The position numbers and the translations under genes were made by a program. From the NCBI GenBank assembly GCA_044440125.1, contig JBITAJ010000003.1, positions 96,001 through 160,000 of the forward strand: DNA of 64,000 bases, written 5' to 3'. The notes under the pieces were generated by a model. It made no database searches, was not told the origin of the DNA, and worked only from the letters and a program-made list of their open reading frames with translations. The first letter of the stretch is position 1. Each line of letters opens with the position of its first letter. This document shows, one piece after another, positions 30,446-41,100 of this stretch. Source of the DNA: Sedimentisphaeraceae bacterium JB056 (lineage in GTDB: Bacteria; Planctomycetota; Phycisphaerae; Sedimentisphaerales; Sedimentisphaeraceae).

Positions 30446-30459
30446 CGTTAAAAAGCAAT

Positions 30460-31386
30460 TCAGCTGAAAAACTCAGGTATTTTGTTTATTGCTGAAACTC
30501 TCAGCTCCTCTATGCAATCTTCCTTTATACCTTTATAGGGCCAGCGAAGCCTTGGGGTAATCCTGCACCAGCCGCCAACAGATGCCAGCAGCTTATCAAC
30601 GGCCATATTTGAATATCCCTGTTTCAGGAACGGAACTATATTTTCATCCATAAACTCACAGATTCTTCCCTGAAGCTCAATCGCCGAATCAATGTCAGTT
30701 TTCATCTGCTGATACCATTTCTGCGCTACGCCGGGATGAATACAGGCGACATTAGAATAAGCCCCGTGTGAACCACTCTGAATACCTGTGGCCAAATGAT
30801 GGCCAGGGACAAAAACAGACAAACCTGCTGCAAATTCTCTCATCTGCCTATACCAATTCTCATCACCATCACAAACCTTTACGCCAACAAGCGAAGGAAC
30901 TGTATCCTTGAGAATTCCTATCTGTTGAGGTGTAAGCACTCTCTTAGCATGAGGCGGATTATACAAAACAATCCCAACAGGTGCGATTGCATCTGCAATT
31001 CGCGACAGAAATTCTACGTCCTCCTCAATAGTCGGAACAAACCAATCCGGCAAAATTACCTGTATCGCACTTGGCCGCAACTTGGAGGCTCTTTTTGCAC
31101 GTTCCAAAGAGATAGCCGGACTCATCTGACTTGCCCCCAATTGATACGGCATAGAGGCTTTTTCACAACGCTGGGCGAGAATTACGCTTACTTTATCAAA
31201 CTCTTCTTCCGTCTGGTTATAAAACTCACCTGCACTGCCATTGGAATAGATGCCGTCAACACCACAGGCAATGATTTGGTCTATTTCCTCGGTTAAGAGT
31301 ACGTAATCAATACTGTCATCAGAATTAAGCGGTAAAAGGAGCGTTGCCCAATTGCCAAATATCTCACTGCTATTTAACGGATTCAA
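30460..31386 (-). CDS. DapA/NanA-family class I aldolase (ulosonate/keto-deoxy acid lyase-like)
   Basis: GIYSNGSAGEF, LYNPP, GVKVCD (Schiff-base Lys); TTG start after AGGAGA. Confidence 0.88.
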   Translation of the reverse strand: MNPLNSSEIFGNWATLLLPLNSDDSIDYVLLTEEIDQIIACGVDGIYSNGSAGEFYNQTEEEFDKVSVILAQRCEKASMPYQLGASQMSPAISLERAKRASKLRPSAIQVILPDWFVPTIEEDVEFLSRIADAIAPVGIVLYNPPHAKRVLTPQQIGILKDTVPSLVGVKVCDGDENWYRQMREFAAGLSVFVPGHHLATGIQSGSHGAYSNVACIHPGVAQKWYQQMKTDIDSAIELQGRICEFMDENIVPFLKQGYSNMAVDKLLASVGGWCRITPRLRWPYKGIKEDCIEELRVSAINKIPEFFS

Positions 31387-33835
31387 CTTTATCTCCTAAA
31401 TTTACAGAAAAAGATGGAAGAAAACTTGCAATATATCCTACAGTAACACATGACAATATACCAACAGGAGCATACAGCATGAAAGATATGCCGGTTTGAT
31501 TTTTAACGTATAACAACGCCAAGACACCAGCCAAAGCACCAACAACAGCCGATGCACCATTTACCCGCTTTGTAAACATTCCTAACAAAAACAATCCGCA
31601 CATCGGGCTGCCGAAAAGCCCTATTATAGCAATAAAAGACTCCCACAACGATTTGATATCGGCTTCAACAAAAGCTAAAGCAAGCAATGTACCTATAAGG
31701 CCGAAGACAAAGGTTAGAAATTTAGCAACGACAAGCTGCATATTTTGCGTTTTGGTGATATTAAACCGCTTGAGCATATCAGTGACCAAGACAGTTGAAA
31801 TACTGTTCATACTGGTTGAAACAGTTGACTGGGCCGCTGCAAAAACACCGGCAACTACAAGGCCCGCAATACCAAAGGGTAATTTTTGTGATATGAACAT
31901 AGGAAAGATTGCGTCCGTTTGATACTGAGGGTTCAGATCAGCAGGAGCAGATTTGTAATATACGTATAAAGCAGTACCTAAAGAGAAGAACAGGAACGTT
32001 GAGAAAACTCCGGCTATCATACCCACAACTAAACTTTTACGCGCCTGTTTGATATCAGAAACCGACATATACCTTTGAACGATAGCTTGATCGGAAACAT
32101 AGGGGACAAGATTCTGACCTATCGAACCAATTGCTATAACCCAAAACGAAAGTGTACACAGACTCGTCTTAGACCAATCCCAATTGATCATATGCAATTT
32201 ACTGTCAGAAAGAGCAACTGTCATTAACTGACCGCTTCCACCAACTTTCATCAGAATAATTACAAAACTTATCAACGCACCACTCAAAAGAATGATACTC
32301 TGTATAGCATCTGTCCACACAACAGCTTCAAGCCCGCCCATTGTACAGTATATAACACTGATAATACCAATTATAAGAACACATTGCGATATAGAGAAAG
32401 GTGTTATAGTTGCAAGTGCAATAGCAGGCAGATACATAACAACAGCCATCCTGCCTATCTGGTAGATTACAAAAGAAAGAGCAACAAATATTCTTATAAA
32501 CACATTGAATCGCCTTTCAAGATATTCATAAGCACTTGCCGCATTTATACGACAGAAATAAGGCAATACACAATACATAACAAACGGTATTACTGCCATT
32601 CCAATCACTGCTCCTGGGAAAAAGACCCAATCTGTAGCGTATATCTTAGCAGGAATTGCCAGAAAGGTTATAGAACTCAGCATAGTAGCGAAAATACTCA
32701 ACCCTGCTACCCATGCAGGAATTCTCTGACCGCCGCGGAAATAGTCATCTGTATTTTTAGTTCTACGAGCAAAAAATACCCCTACAAGAACCATCGCCAC
32801 CATATATACGCAAAGAGTAATAATATTAACCACACCAAAAGTTTTCTTATCGGATGTCAATTGTCCCTCAAATATCGACTCCGAACTTAAAACCAGAAAA
32901 TCATCATTTTTTTTAAGTACAAGCTCATTTTCTACCGCCGGATATCTACCGAAATTCGTCCAGGTATCTGTTATGGTATGATAAGCATAAATAGAAGCAC
33001 GATTGCCAGAAAACTCTTTTTTATCAAAGATCAAGATATGGCTTTGACCTGAAGGTAAAGCGGCTTTTGTATTAGCCAATATCGCCTCACCTGTTCTTTG
33101 ACGCCAAAATTCCTGAGTCTGATATTTACTTGCTTCATAATTAAACGGAGAAAATTCAAGTACATCATTAACAGTAATTATTTCGCCTGTTTCTTCATTA
33201 AGAGTCTTACCGCCTATAATATAAAGTACTGTTTCAAAACCGTTAAATTGAGAAACTACGAATGAATCATATCGTGGCTGCCCATCCCATGCGGGAAGCT
33301 CCTGCCAAAGAAAGTTGCCCGAACCTTCTCTGGACATATCAAGCACCCACAAGTTACGCATTAAAGAATCTTGTAAGCTATCAGATTTTCCACCGGCTAA
33401 ATAAATTTTATTATCAACAATATCTGCATCAGTGAAAGCGCATGTTGACGGTAAAGAAGGTAAACTTGCAAGAGAAATCTCTTTTTCTTCTTCATCCCAT
33501 AAGATATTTATGACATCTGAAAGATAAGTCCCCTGTGATACGCCACCAATACAGATCAATGAATCACCAACCGCTACGGATGCTCCAAAAGCTCTCGGTT
33601 TATCAAAAACCGAAAAAGCGAGTTTCTCTCCAGTATTAATATCATAGACATTAATATCGGCAGTTTCACCACCGGCAATAATTATAACGTCATCACAAAC
33701 ACCGGCAAATGCTCCTTCTGAAACATTAAAAGAAAGGTCTTCGTCTAACTGATTCCAGTTTAACGAGACAGCATAGGATGCATTTGAAAGTATTAACGGC
33801 AATAAAAATATTAAATTCAAAAAAAATCTTGTCAT
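31370..33835 (-). CDS. Kelch/NanM-like beta-propeller fused to a sodium:solute symporter (SiaT-like)
   Basis: Signal peptide; GG kelch repeats (IIIAGG, ICIGG, IYLAGG, YIIGG, YHTITDTW); then DDYFRGG, SAYEYLERRF, GGLEAVVWTD, DQAIVQRY. Confidence 0.9.
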   Translation of the reverse strand: MTRFFLNLIFLLPLILSNASYAVSLNWNQLDEDLSFNVSEGAFAGVCDDVIIIAGGETADINVYDINTGEKLAFSVFDKPRAFGASVAVGDSLICIGGVSQGTYLSDVINILWDEEEKEISLASLPSLPSTCAFTDADIVDNKIYLAGGKSDSLQDSLMRNLWVLDMSREGSGNFLWQELPAWDGQPRYDSFVVSQFNGFETVLYIIGGKTLNEETGEIITVNDVLEFSPFNYEASKYQTQEFWRQRTGEAILANTKAALPSGQSHILIFDKKEFSGNRASIYAYHTITDTWTNFGRYPAVENELVLKKNDDFLVLSSESIFEGQLTSDKKTFGVVNIITLCVYMVAMVLVGVFFARRTKNTDDYFRGGQRIPAWVAGLSIFATMLSSITFLAIPAKIYATDWVFFPGAVIGMAVIPFVMYCVLPYFCRINAASAYEYLERRFNVFIRIFVALSFVIYQIGRMAVVMYLPAIALATITPFSISQCVLIIGIISVIYCTMGGLEAVVWTDAIQSIILLSGALISFVIILMKVGGSGQLMTVALSDSKLHMINWDWSKTSLCTLSFWVIAIGSIGQNLVPYVSDQAIVQRYMSVSDIKQARKSLVVGMIAGVFSTFLFFSLGTALYVYYKSAPADLNPQYQTDAIFPMFISQKLPFGIAGLVVAGVFAAAQSTVSTSMNSISTVLVTDMLKRFNITKTQNMQLVVAKFLTFVFGLIGTLLALAFVEADIKSLWESFIAIIGLFGSPMCGLFLLGMFTKRVNGASAVVGALAGVLALLYVKNQTGISFMLYAPVGILSCVTVGYIASFLPSFSVNLGDKVESVK

Positions 33836-33861
33836 GTTTTATCCGGACGCTCTTATCAATA

Positions 33862-35823
33862 TTACTTTTTCAAAAACTCACTTACCTTAGGCGTATCCAG
33901 AGAGAAGGATATCCGGAAAACTCCGGCAGGCCCATCGTAATAGCCCATATACACAAAGATATGGTGCATATTTCTTTCCAGATCAATGACACCTGCTGCC
34001 GGATGCATACCGTCATGGAATTTGGGAGTATCGATGATCTGCCTTTCCAGAAGCGTTCCTTCAAATCTCCAGTCGCTCTTACCTGCAAGCAATTCTTCAG
34101 GATCAATACTCCAAAGATTAAGAGTGCAAATGGTTCTATCCTGTTCGTTTCCAAGTCCGCCGCCGCAGCGATTAGTAACTACCGCCTCGATTCGTTCACT
34201 GACCGGATTGTAAATAAGATCGGGCGTGTCCTGACTCCAAGGACCAAATCCAGCGGATTTTAAGAGTCCGGCAACTGGAGCCATTTGGAAAACAGCGCCG
34301 GTAGCCTTTATATTGGTTAATGATGATTTAACGGGCAGACGCCCATTATTACTCCAGAACTGTCCATACCTGTACGTGCCGGCCTTTTCATCATAAGCAG
34401 CATCGCTCCATATTCTTGCAAGTATTATCAAGCTGCCTTCATACATAACAGCGGCAGGCTCACCATGAATCGAGGTCTCTACCGGCAAAACCTGATGAGT
34501 CTGCTGCCAAGTAACACCATCATCCTGCGAATATCTCAGCCACAACTGCCCCGGTTTCGAGCAGTCACGTCTTGTAATTCCCTGAAAGCCAGTAAAGCCG
34601 TAAGGTGTCTCAATAAGCTTAGGCCCCATTGTGCAACTGGGACCTGGGGCAACCTGCTCGTCAGTAAAAGCACCAGAGAGGTATTTCCATGTTTTGCCCT
34701 TGTCATCACTCCTGTAGCATCCAAGTTTGCTAACTTGTACAACACTGCCCTGTGAAGTCGTTCCAATAGCACACATAGATCCCATAGTCTGTTTGTCATC
34801 AGCCTTATACTGCACGAGACGATCAGGTAGAGTCCATGTTTTGCCGCCATCACCTGAGGTTGAAACGAGATCATAGTTAGCTTCCAATCCATCACGTATT
34901 CTGCCGCTCTTACCCCAATCATGGCAAGGACCGCTATTGTTACAAAGAACGATAGTATCGTCCACCATAGTGCTGACAGGATGCCCGATATGCCAGTTGC
35001 GACCTACAAGTTTATCGCCTACAGGGATATGCACCGGCTCAATTTCGAACAGTTTTTCACTGAAACCTTCTTTGATCTTTGCACGCTGCTTATCCGAGAT
35101 ATTAAGAAGGTAATCCTCCATATCTAAAAGCTTTCCCTCGATACGGAAATCATACAATCGTATATTGCTTCCCAAGGAACGAAAACCAACTTCACCAAAT
35201 CTGCTTATCGGACAATTAGCTTTTGCAACAACCTTGGAGTCAATAAGCATTGTCAGCCTTTTACCCTCTCTTTTAAGTTCAAAAAGAAACGGTTTGCCTT
35301 CCTTTACGTAATGTTCACGTTTGGCTACCGCCTTTTGTGAAAGCGACCTATCCTTCAGTATTGAAGCTCTTATATCCTTGATAAGCTTATCAAACTCAGA
35401 AGGCTTGTAGCTGAGCCTATCATATTCCAAAGGCAACCCGAAAAGCCTGCCTTCCAGCACCATATTATCATTATAATTGAAAAAAAACGCATCAACAGTT
35501 CTTGCAAGGCAGTACGAATTACAAGCAAATGCGGGTGTATTATTTTCGAGATTAAACACGGCAAGTCTTGCCGTAATATGGAAATCACCTTCACCAATAG
35601 GTTTGGCGGCAAATAGATAATTATCCGTGCCGGATATCTCTACGAAATTACGCTCTGCAAGTTCCATGCCCGGCTTATGATAATATTTTTCAACCCACCA
35701 ACCGTCTTCCCGAGCATTGATTATTTTCCCAGATTCCACAACAATATATTCTTCAGAGGCAATCAGAGAAGTCGCGAACATTGAAAAAAGAATACCTAAG
35801 ACAAACACCACACATCTATTCAT
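33862..35823 (-). CDS. Asp-box (BNR) sialidase-like propeller protein with N-terminal beta-sandwich, untethered twin
   Basis: SGDGGKTW, SDDKGKTW, SQDDGVTW; LNLWSIDP..WRFEGTLL..DGMHP shared with 38192. Confidence 0.72.
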   Translation of the reverse strand: MNRCVVFVLGILFSMFATSLIASEEYIVVESGKIINAREDGWWVEKYYHKPGMELAERNFVEISGTDNYLFAAKPIGEGDFHITARLAVFNLENNTPAFACNSYCLARTVDAFFFNYNDNMVLEGRLFGLPLEYDRLSYKPSEFDKLIKDIRASILKDRSLSQKAVAKREHYVKEGKPFLFELKREGKRLTMLIDSKVVAKANCPISRFGEVGFRSLGSNIRLYDFRIEGKLLDMEDYLLNISDKQRAKIKEGFSEKLFEIEPVHIPVGDKLVGRNWHIGHPVSTMVDDTIVLCNNSGPCHDWGKSGRIRDGLEANYDLVSTSGDGGKTWTLPDRLVQYKADDKQTMGSMCAIGTTSQGSVVQVSKLGCYRSDDKGKTWKYLSGAFTDEQVAPGPSCTMGPKLIETPYGFTGFQGITRRDCSKPGQLWLRYSQDDGVTWQQTHQVLPVETSIHGEPAAVMYEGSLIILARIWSDAAYDEKAGTYRYGQFWSNNGRLPVKSSLTNIKATGAVFQMAPVAGLLKSAGFGPWSQDTPDLIYNPVSERIEAVVTNRCGGGLGNEQDRTICTLNLWSIDPEELLAGKSDWRFEGTLLERQIIDTPKFHDGMHPAAGVIDLERNMHHIFVYMGYYDGPAGVFRISFSLDTPKVSEFLKK

Positions 35824-35860
35824 ATTTTAAATCCTTCTGATTGGTTAAACTCAATAAAAA

Positions 35861-38155
35861 TCATCGTCTTTTAAGCCAATAAACACCTGCCGAAAAAGAT
35901 TCACTTAATTGTATTTCTGCACAATTCTTGTCCAAATTGCATTTCATAGACTCATCACAAATCTGATTTTCAATACTCCAGCAACCTTCGACCGGCATTT
36001 TAACATTGAGCGTCTGCGGCTTATCAATTCCAAAGCAGTGAATAACCATCAAGGCTTCATCCCTGTTTGTACTTAGCCGCGTAACTGCCTGCCAACCTTT
36101 AAGATCACGATAATTATTAATCTCCGACCCTTCGATGTATGTTTTGCCGTTTTTAATTATATGCGCAACTTTGCCATACAATTCCATAGCCTCTAATGTT
36201 CTACTCCAATTCTCCTCGCTTACGTCACAAATATCACCTGATAGATAAAACCTTCCCAGAAAACCGCTACAAAGTATATAGAGAAGCTGACGTAATGAAT
36301 CTTCTTTCCTTATTATAACCCACACACCATTCTGGCGAGGCAATATAAGGCGATGCAGTGAAGCGGCAATAACAGGAATCTCACGGCATTCATGAGCATC
36401 TGTAAAGGATGCTACATCGGATACAGCCATCATGGAAGGCTCAAGTCTCATGCCTCCTGAAGCACAATTTTCTATTACAAGCTCAGGTATTTCATTTCTC
36501 ATATGTTCAAAGAAATCACGTGATCTGACAGTCTGCTGGCGAAGTGCTTCACCATAAGACTCTGCCCCATCACATCCAATTCCTATTGAAGAATTATAAT
36601 CAACCTTGATATAACCCATACCCGTGTCTTTTAGCAGTTTTATTACCTTTTCACAGAGATAATCCCAGCCCTTACTCTTACACAAATCGATAAAACGTCT
36701 GGGACCGACAGTCAGAGGCCTTCCATCTTTATGAATCAGGAATTCTTCTTTTTTGAAAATTTCAGAGTTCCTAGCACACGTCTCCATTTCAAACCACAAA
36801 CCAGGTATTATACCTGCATCGCGAATTTTATCGGCAACAACCTTAAGCCCCTCAGGAAACATGTTCTTTGAAGGATTCCAGTCGCCATGTGAAGTATTCC
36901 ATGACACTTCTTCATTTCTATACCATCCGGCATCAATCACCAGATATTTAACAGGGGTATCTTTAAGCTTTTCAAGGTATTTAAGCAAATTATCCTGCGC
37001 AGGCTCACCCCAGCTTGTAGCCCATTCATTATACATAATAGCCATATCATCATCATAATTGTATGGTTTGCTGTCGTAAGAATCCTGCTGTGCCTCAAGG
37101 AGGTTATCACAACTCTCCGACATATCACCTGATGATACTGTTAAAGTAGCGACAGGCGTACTGAATATATCGCATGGCTTGAGTTTTTTACTCCAGTGAC
37201 CGAATTCCTGATCTGCCAAACCGCCGACAATGTTTATGGCATTATCATAACGAACAACAGCCATCTGCCATGATCCCGGATGCCATAACTGAGCCGCCCA
37301 TGTAACATTCTCTTTGCTGTCCTCAATACCTATAAATGGAAAGAAATCACATGTAGGCCAGCTTCCAACCTGCCCAAACCTGCGTCCACGCGAGCAAGCG
37401 GTTGTCCAGACATTACTTATGTGCATTTGATCAAGCGATTCTCTGTAGTGCCTTGCCTCTCCACTCCAATTACTCCTGTATCGGTGAAGAGAAAGCTGCG
37501 CGGCCGGATCAGATTCACAAAACGGACTGAGATCGGTTAATGTAAAGCTTGAAAGATTTTCCAAAACTATATCAGTATCTGAAATATTCTCAACTTCAGT
37601 ACGTAAAATAAGATAGCTGTTACCTTCTGTCCAGCTCAGATAATGACGACACAACATAGGCGTCTTTGTGTTTTTAAATTCAGTTACAACTGTTATCTCA
37701 AGACCATTTCTAAAGACTTCCTGATTAGAAAATTTGAGATTGAGCGTAGTTTCACTATTTCCCACACTTCGTACTTGACCACCGCCCTGAAAAGAAGAAT
37801 CACATTGAAGTTTAAGCTGTATGAGATTGAATATTTTCCACGCCGGTCTATCCGCCATATGATCAGGCAATCCGTCTGTCTCTCTGTTACCACGCAAAGA
37901 CATACTTCGGCTGACTGTCGCATCAAGTTTAGAGATAGGGACCAATGAAAGCCCAACCTGCCTTGTTACCGGATCGAGAAGATACCGAACAACCATTTTG
38001 CCAAAAATGAATTCAGAAAGGACCTCATAAGTCAAGGTTTCACCCGAAACAGTAATTAAAGTATCTGCTTTCCATTTCGGAATATCTGTTGTTTCCTTAC
38101 AAGAAGCAGTTGTTTTTGTTTTTTGTTTTTTAATATCTAAAGTTGCTTGAGTCAT
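35861..38155 (-). CDS. GH36-like alpha-galactosidase
   Basis: YNEW, VIDAGW, GLWFE.E, YIKVDYN, IENCASGG.R, FTDAHE; no signal peptide. Confidence 0.9.
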   Translation of the reverse strand: MTQATLDIKKQKTKTTASCKETTDIPKWKADTLITVSGETLTYEVLSEFIFGKMVVRYLLDPVTRQVGLSLVPISKLDATVSRSMSLRGNRETDGLPDHMADRPAWKIFNLIQLKLQCDSSFQGGGQVRSVGNSETTLNLKFSNQEVFRNGLEITVVTEFKNTKTPMLCRHYLSWTEGNSYLILRTEVENISDTDIVLENLSSFTLTDLSPFCESDPAAQLSLHRYRSNWSGEARHYRESLDQMHISNVWTTACSRGRRFGQVGSWPTCDFFPFIGIEDSKENVTWAAQLWHPGSWQMAVVRYDNAINIVGGLADQEFGHWSKKLKPCDIFSTPVATLTVSSGDMSESCDNLLEAQQDSYDSKPYNYDDDMAIMYNEWATSWGEPAQDNLLKYLEKLKDTPVKYLVIDAGWYRNEEVSWNTSHGDWNPSKNMFPEGLKVVADKIRDAGIIPGLWFEMETCARNSEIFKKEEFLIHKDGRPLTVGPRRFIDLCKSKGWDYLCEKVIKLLKDTGMGYIKVDYNSSIGIGCDGAESYGEALRQQTVRSRDFFEHMRNEIPELVIENCASGGMRLEPSMMAVSDVASFTDAHECREIPVIAASLHRLILPRQNGVWVIIRKEDSLRQLLYILCSGFLGRFYLSGDICDVSEENWSRTLEAMELYGKVAHIIKNGKTYIEGSEINNYRDLKGWQAVTRLSTNRDEALMVIHCFGIDKPQTLNVKMPVEGCWSIENQICDESMKCNLDKNCAEIQLSESFSAGVYWLKRR

Positions 38156-38191
38156 AATTTTAACGCGCCTTTTATTGCGTAGAGCATATTC

Positions 38192-41100
38192 TTATTGAAT
38201 TAACCATTCACTGATTAACTTTTCCAATTCTATTTGACTAACATTACCATCATAGTTTGTATCCATACCTGCGCACCAATGAGGCGGCAAACAATTACCA
38301 TCCAACCAGTTTTCAGCCATAACTTTGAAGTCAAGATAATCTGCCTGCATGTCCTTATTAATATCGGTTCTTGCATAAGGCATCATCTGTGAATCACATA
38401 TTTGATTCTCCACTATTACACGCTGCTGCTGATCTAATGCCTGATTATAGGCAATAATTCGCAACATTCGTCCATCAAAACCATCCAAGAGATCTCCTGA
38501 CATTCCTATTGTAAGCTTTTGATTAAAGAAAGGCTCACAATCAATAGAGTCAACAGTACCGACAAGCCGACCATTAACATACTGGCTTAAAACATCTCCA
38601 TCCCAAACGACACTAAGTAAAGTCCATTGATCAGTAATCGGACAACCGGTATTCCTCAATATCCCATTTTTAGTAAGAGACTGTGAATAAAGATAACCCT
38701 CTTCAATAAAGCTGCCCCACAGCACAGGACTGCTCAATCCATCACCTCTGTCATCATAATTTGCAGATAAAAGCCATTGCTTCGTAACAGTCTCATTAGC
38801 TTTGAAATATATAAACCAACTCATTTCTCGACTATCAAATATTTCATTACCATTGACAGTCATATAACTGTTTCCGTCAAAAACAATAGTATTAAGATTA
38901 ATATTGTTTTCAAAAACTGTACTTTCTGCATCCGGTAAGAAGCCTGCTGTTGCGTAAGAATTATTTGCATTTCCTTTTGCAGAGCTATCAAGCCAACAGC
39001 TCACCTTTGCGTTCTGCTGCGCATTATAACTGCCATCAAAAGCAAAAACCGGTTGAAGAATCGATTCTTCAATAGAATAGTCGGCAGGCATCCTGAACTG
39101 AGAACTTGTCAAAGAAACTCGTGACATTTTCAACCAATCAATAGCCCCAACAAATTTAGCACGGCTAACATTTGAGGCCCCTACAAGCAAATCTTCATCA
39201 TTATCCAGCAAATTGGTCATATCTTCGCCAAAAGCTTGAACAATATAATCGACATAAATCAACAAATGGCCTTTATCACGAACGGCAGCAATATGATGCC
39301 ATGTATTATCACTCACGTTTATACCTGAAGCTACAGAGCTTTGATGTGTACCATCTGATAATACAAAAGATACTTTGCCATTTTCTATTGCCAACTGCCA
39401 GCCATTACCGGCGGCACTGTCTTTACTTATTATCGGGCCATCATTTGAGGTTTTACATATAACTTCAAGTGTAAAGGAATCATTAGCCTCAAAATCAAAA
39501 AAGTCATTATCGGCACCTGTGAAGCTGCCGCAATTATCCGTACTGTCAAAAATAACCGCAGTTGAAGCCCCATATGTATCTGAACCCTTTGTATAGCTTA
39601 CATCACCTTCTATTTGTAAATTAAGCTCATAACCGCTATCATCATCAACAATCGTAGAATCATCAAAATTCCATTCAGTTGAATATGTGCCAAGCAGCCA
39701 CCTGCGTAATCGTTCTGTATCCAAACTACGGCTAAGCTTATATATCGCCGCCCTTCTGTCACTGAAACCGGCATACAGGAAAATATGCTGCATATTATTA
39801 ATCTCATCAATCACCGCTCCGCCGGGATGTAAACCATCAGCAAAACCAAGCCCATGATGAGAGCTTCTGTCTCTATTAAGCAATGTGCCGTCAAAACGCC
39901 ATTTGGAATCGCCTTCAAGCAAAGATACAGGATCAATACTCCATAGATTCAAACTGCTCTTATCTGTATCAAGAGCATCTCCTGTCTCACCAAGGCCGCC
40001 TCCCCAACGATGGCTGTCAAGCATTTCGATACGAGAATTGTCCGGATTCATAGCAACATCAGCAGTATCATGCGCCCATACCTGCCTGCCTGAAATAGGC
40101 GATATGTTGCCCCGAATGTTCGTTCTCTTAGTCACAAAATCAATATCATCAAAGGTATCATTATCGCTGTATTGATAAAGATGCTGACTCATCATCTGAA
40201 ACCGACCATCTTCACTGCACATATCCGAAAATTCTCTTGATATCAACAGAATATTATTATCCCAGACCATACCGCAAGGCTCTTTGGGTGAAGTAGCCAC
40301 ATCTATCCAATAACGGTCAGTCCAACTTTGTCCATGATCTATTGAATGTATTAAGGGCGAACCATATTCAGGTCCATCCAACTCGTTAGCAGCAAACATC
40401 AACAAACCGAAAATAGGATGAGAAACAATGCGTGGACCAACATTACTCCTGTCAGTAGTCAGAGAAGAAAACGCATTATTGTAATGCTCCCAACTGGCTC
40501 CACCATCGCTGCTCACAAGAGTTCCACCATAGGGATAATATGAATGCTTCAGTATGATATTACCCTGTGAATCACTGCCAATACTTATCATTCCACCAGC
40601 ATTAGGCCCCTGACTATACGAAACAATATCACGTACATAAACAGGCTGCTGCCATGTTTGCCCTCTATCTGTCGACCGCATAATAATACCAATGCTTTGA
40701 TTATTACTGGTCGCATTCCAAGGATACTCAGGTGTATAATGACTGAGATTCTGCTGGCAATGCACTACGATATTATCACCACTCATTGCCGCAACCGGCC
40801 AGCCGAAATGATCATTGTCTGCAACAACATTCGATGAATTCGGCTCCAGAACCTCATCAAGTTCAATCAAAGAAGCTTTTCTCGACTGCTCAAGCCAGTT
40901 CTTCTCTTTGGCTGTAAGCACGAGAAACTCTTCCTCGTAATCTGTACTCAAAGCATATTTGGTCTGTAGATAATATGACACCTGCTGGAATTCATAATCC
41001 TTCAAAGGCCTGTTGTAGACAATTATTTCTGCAACTTCACCTTTATACGTACTGCTGTTAAGCACATTCTTACCTATTGAATCATTTCCATCCTGTGGCA

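Noticed and set aside
30460..33835. Gene symbols nanA/dapA and nanM/siaT
   Set aside because: Family-level similarity only; specificity motifs deviate
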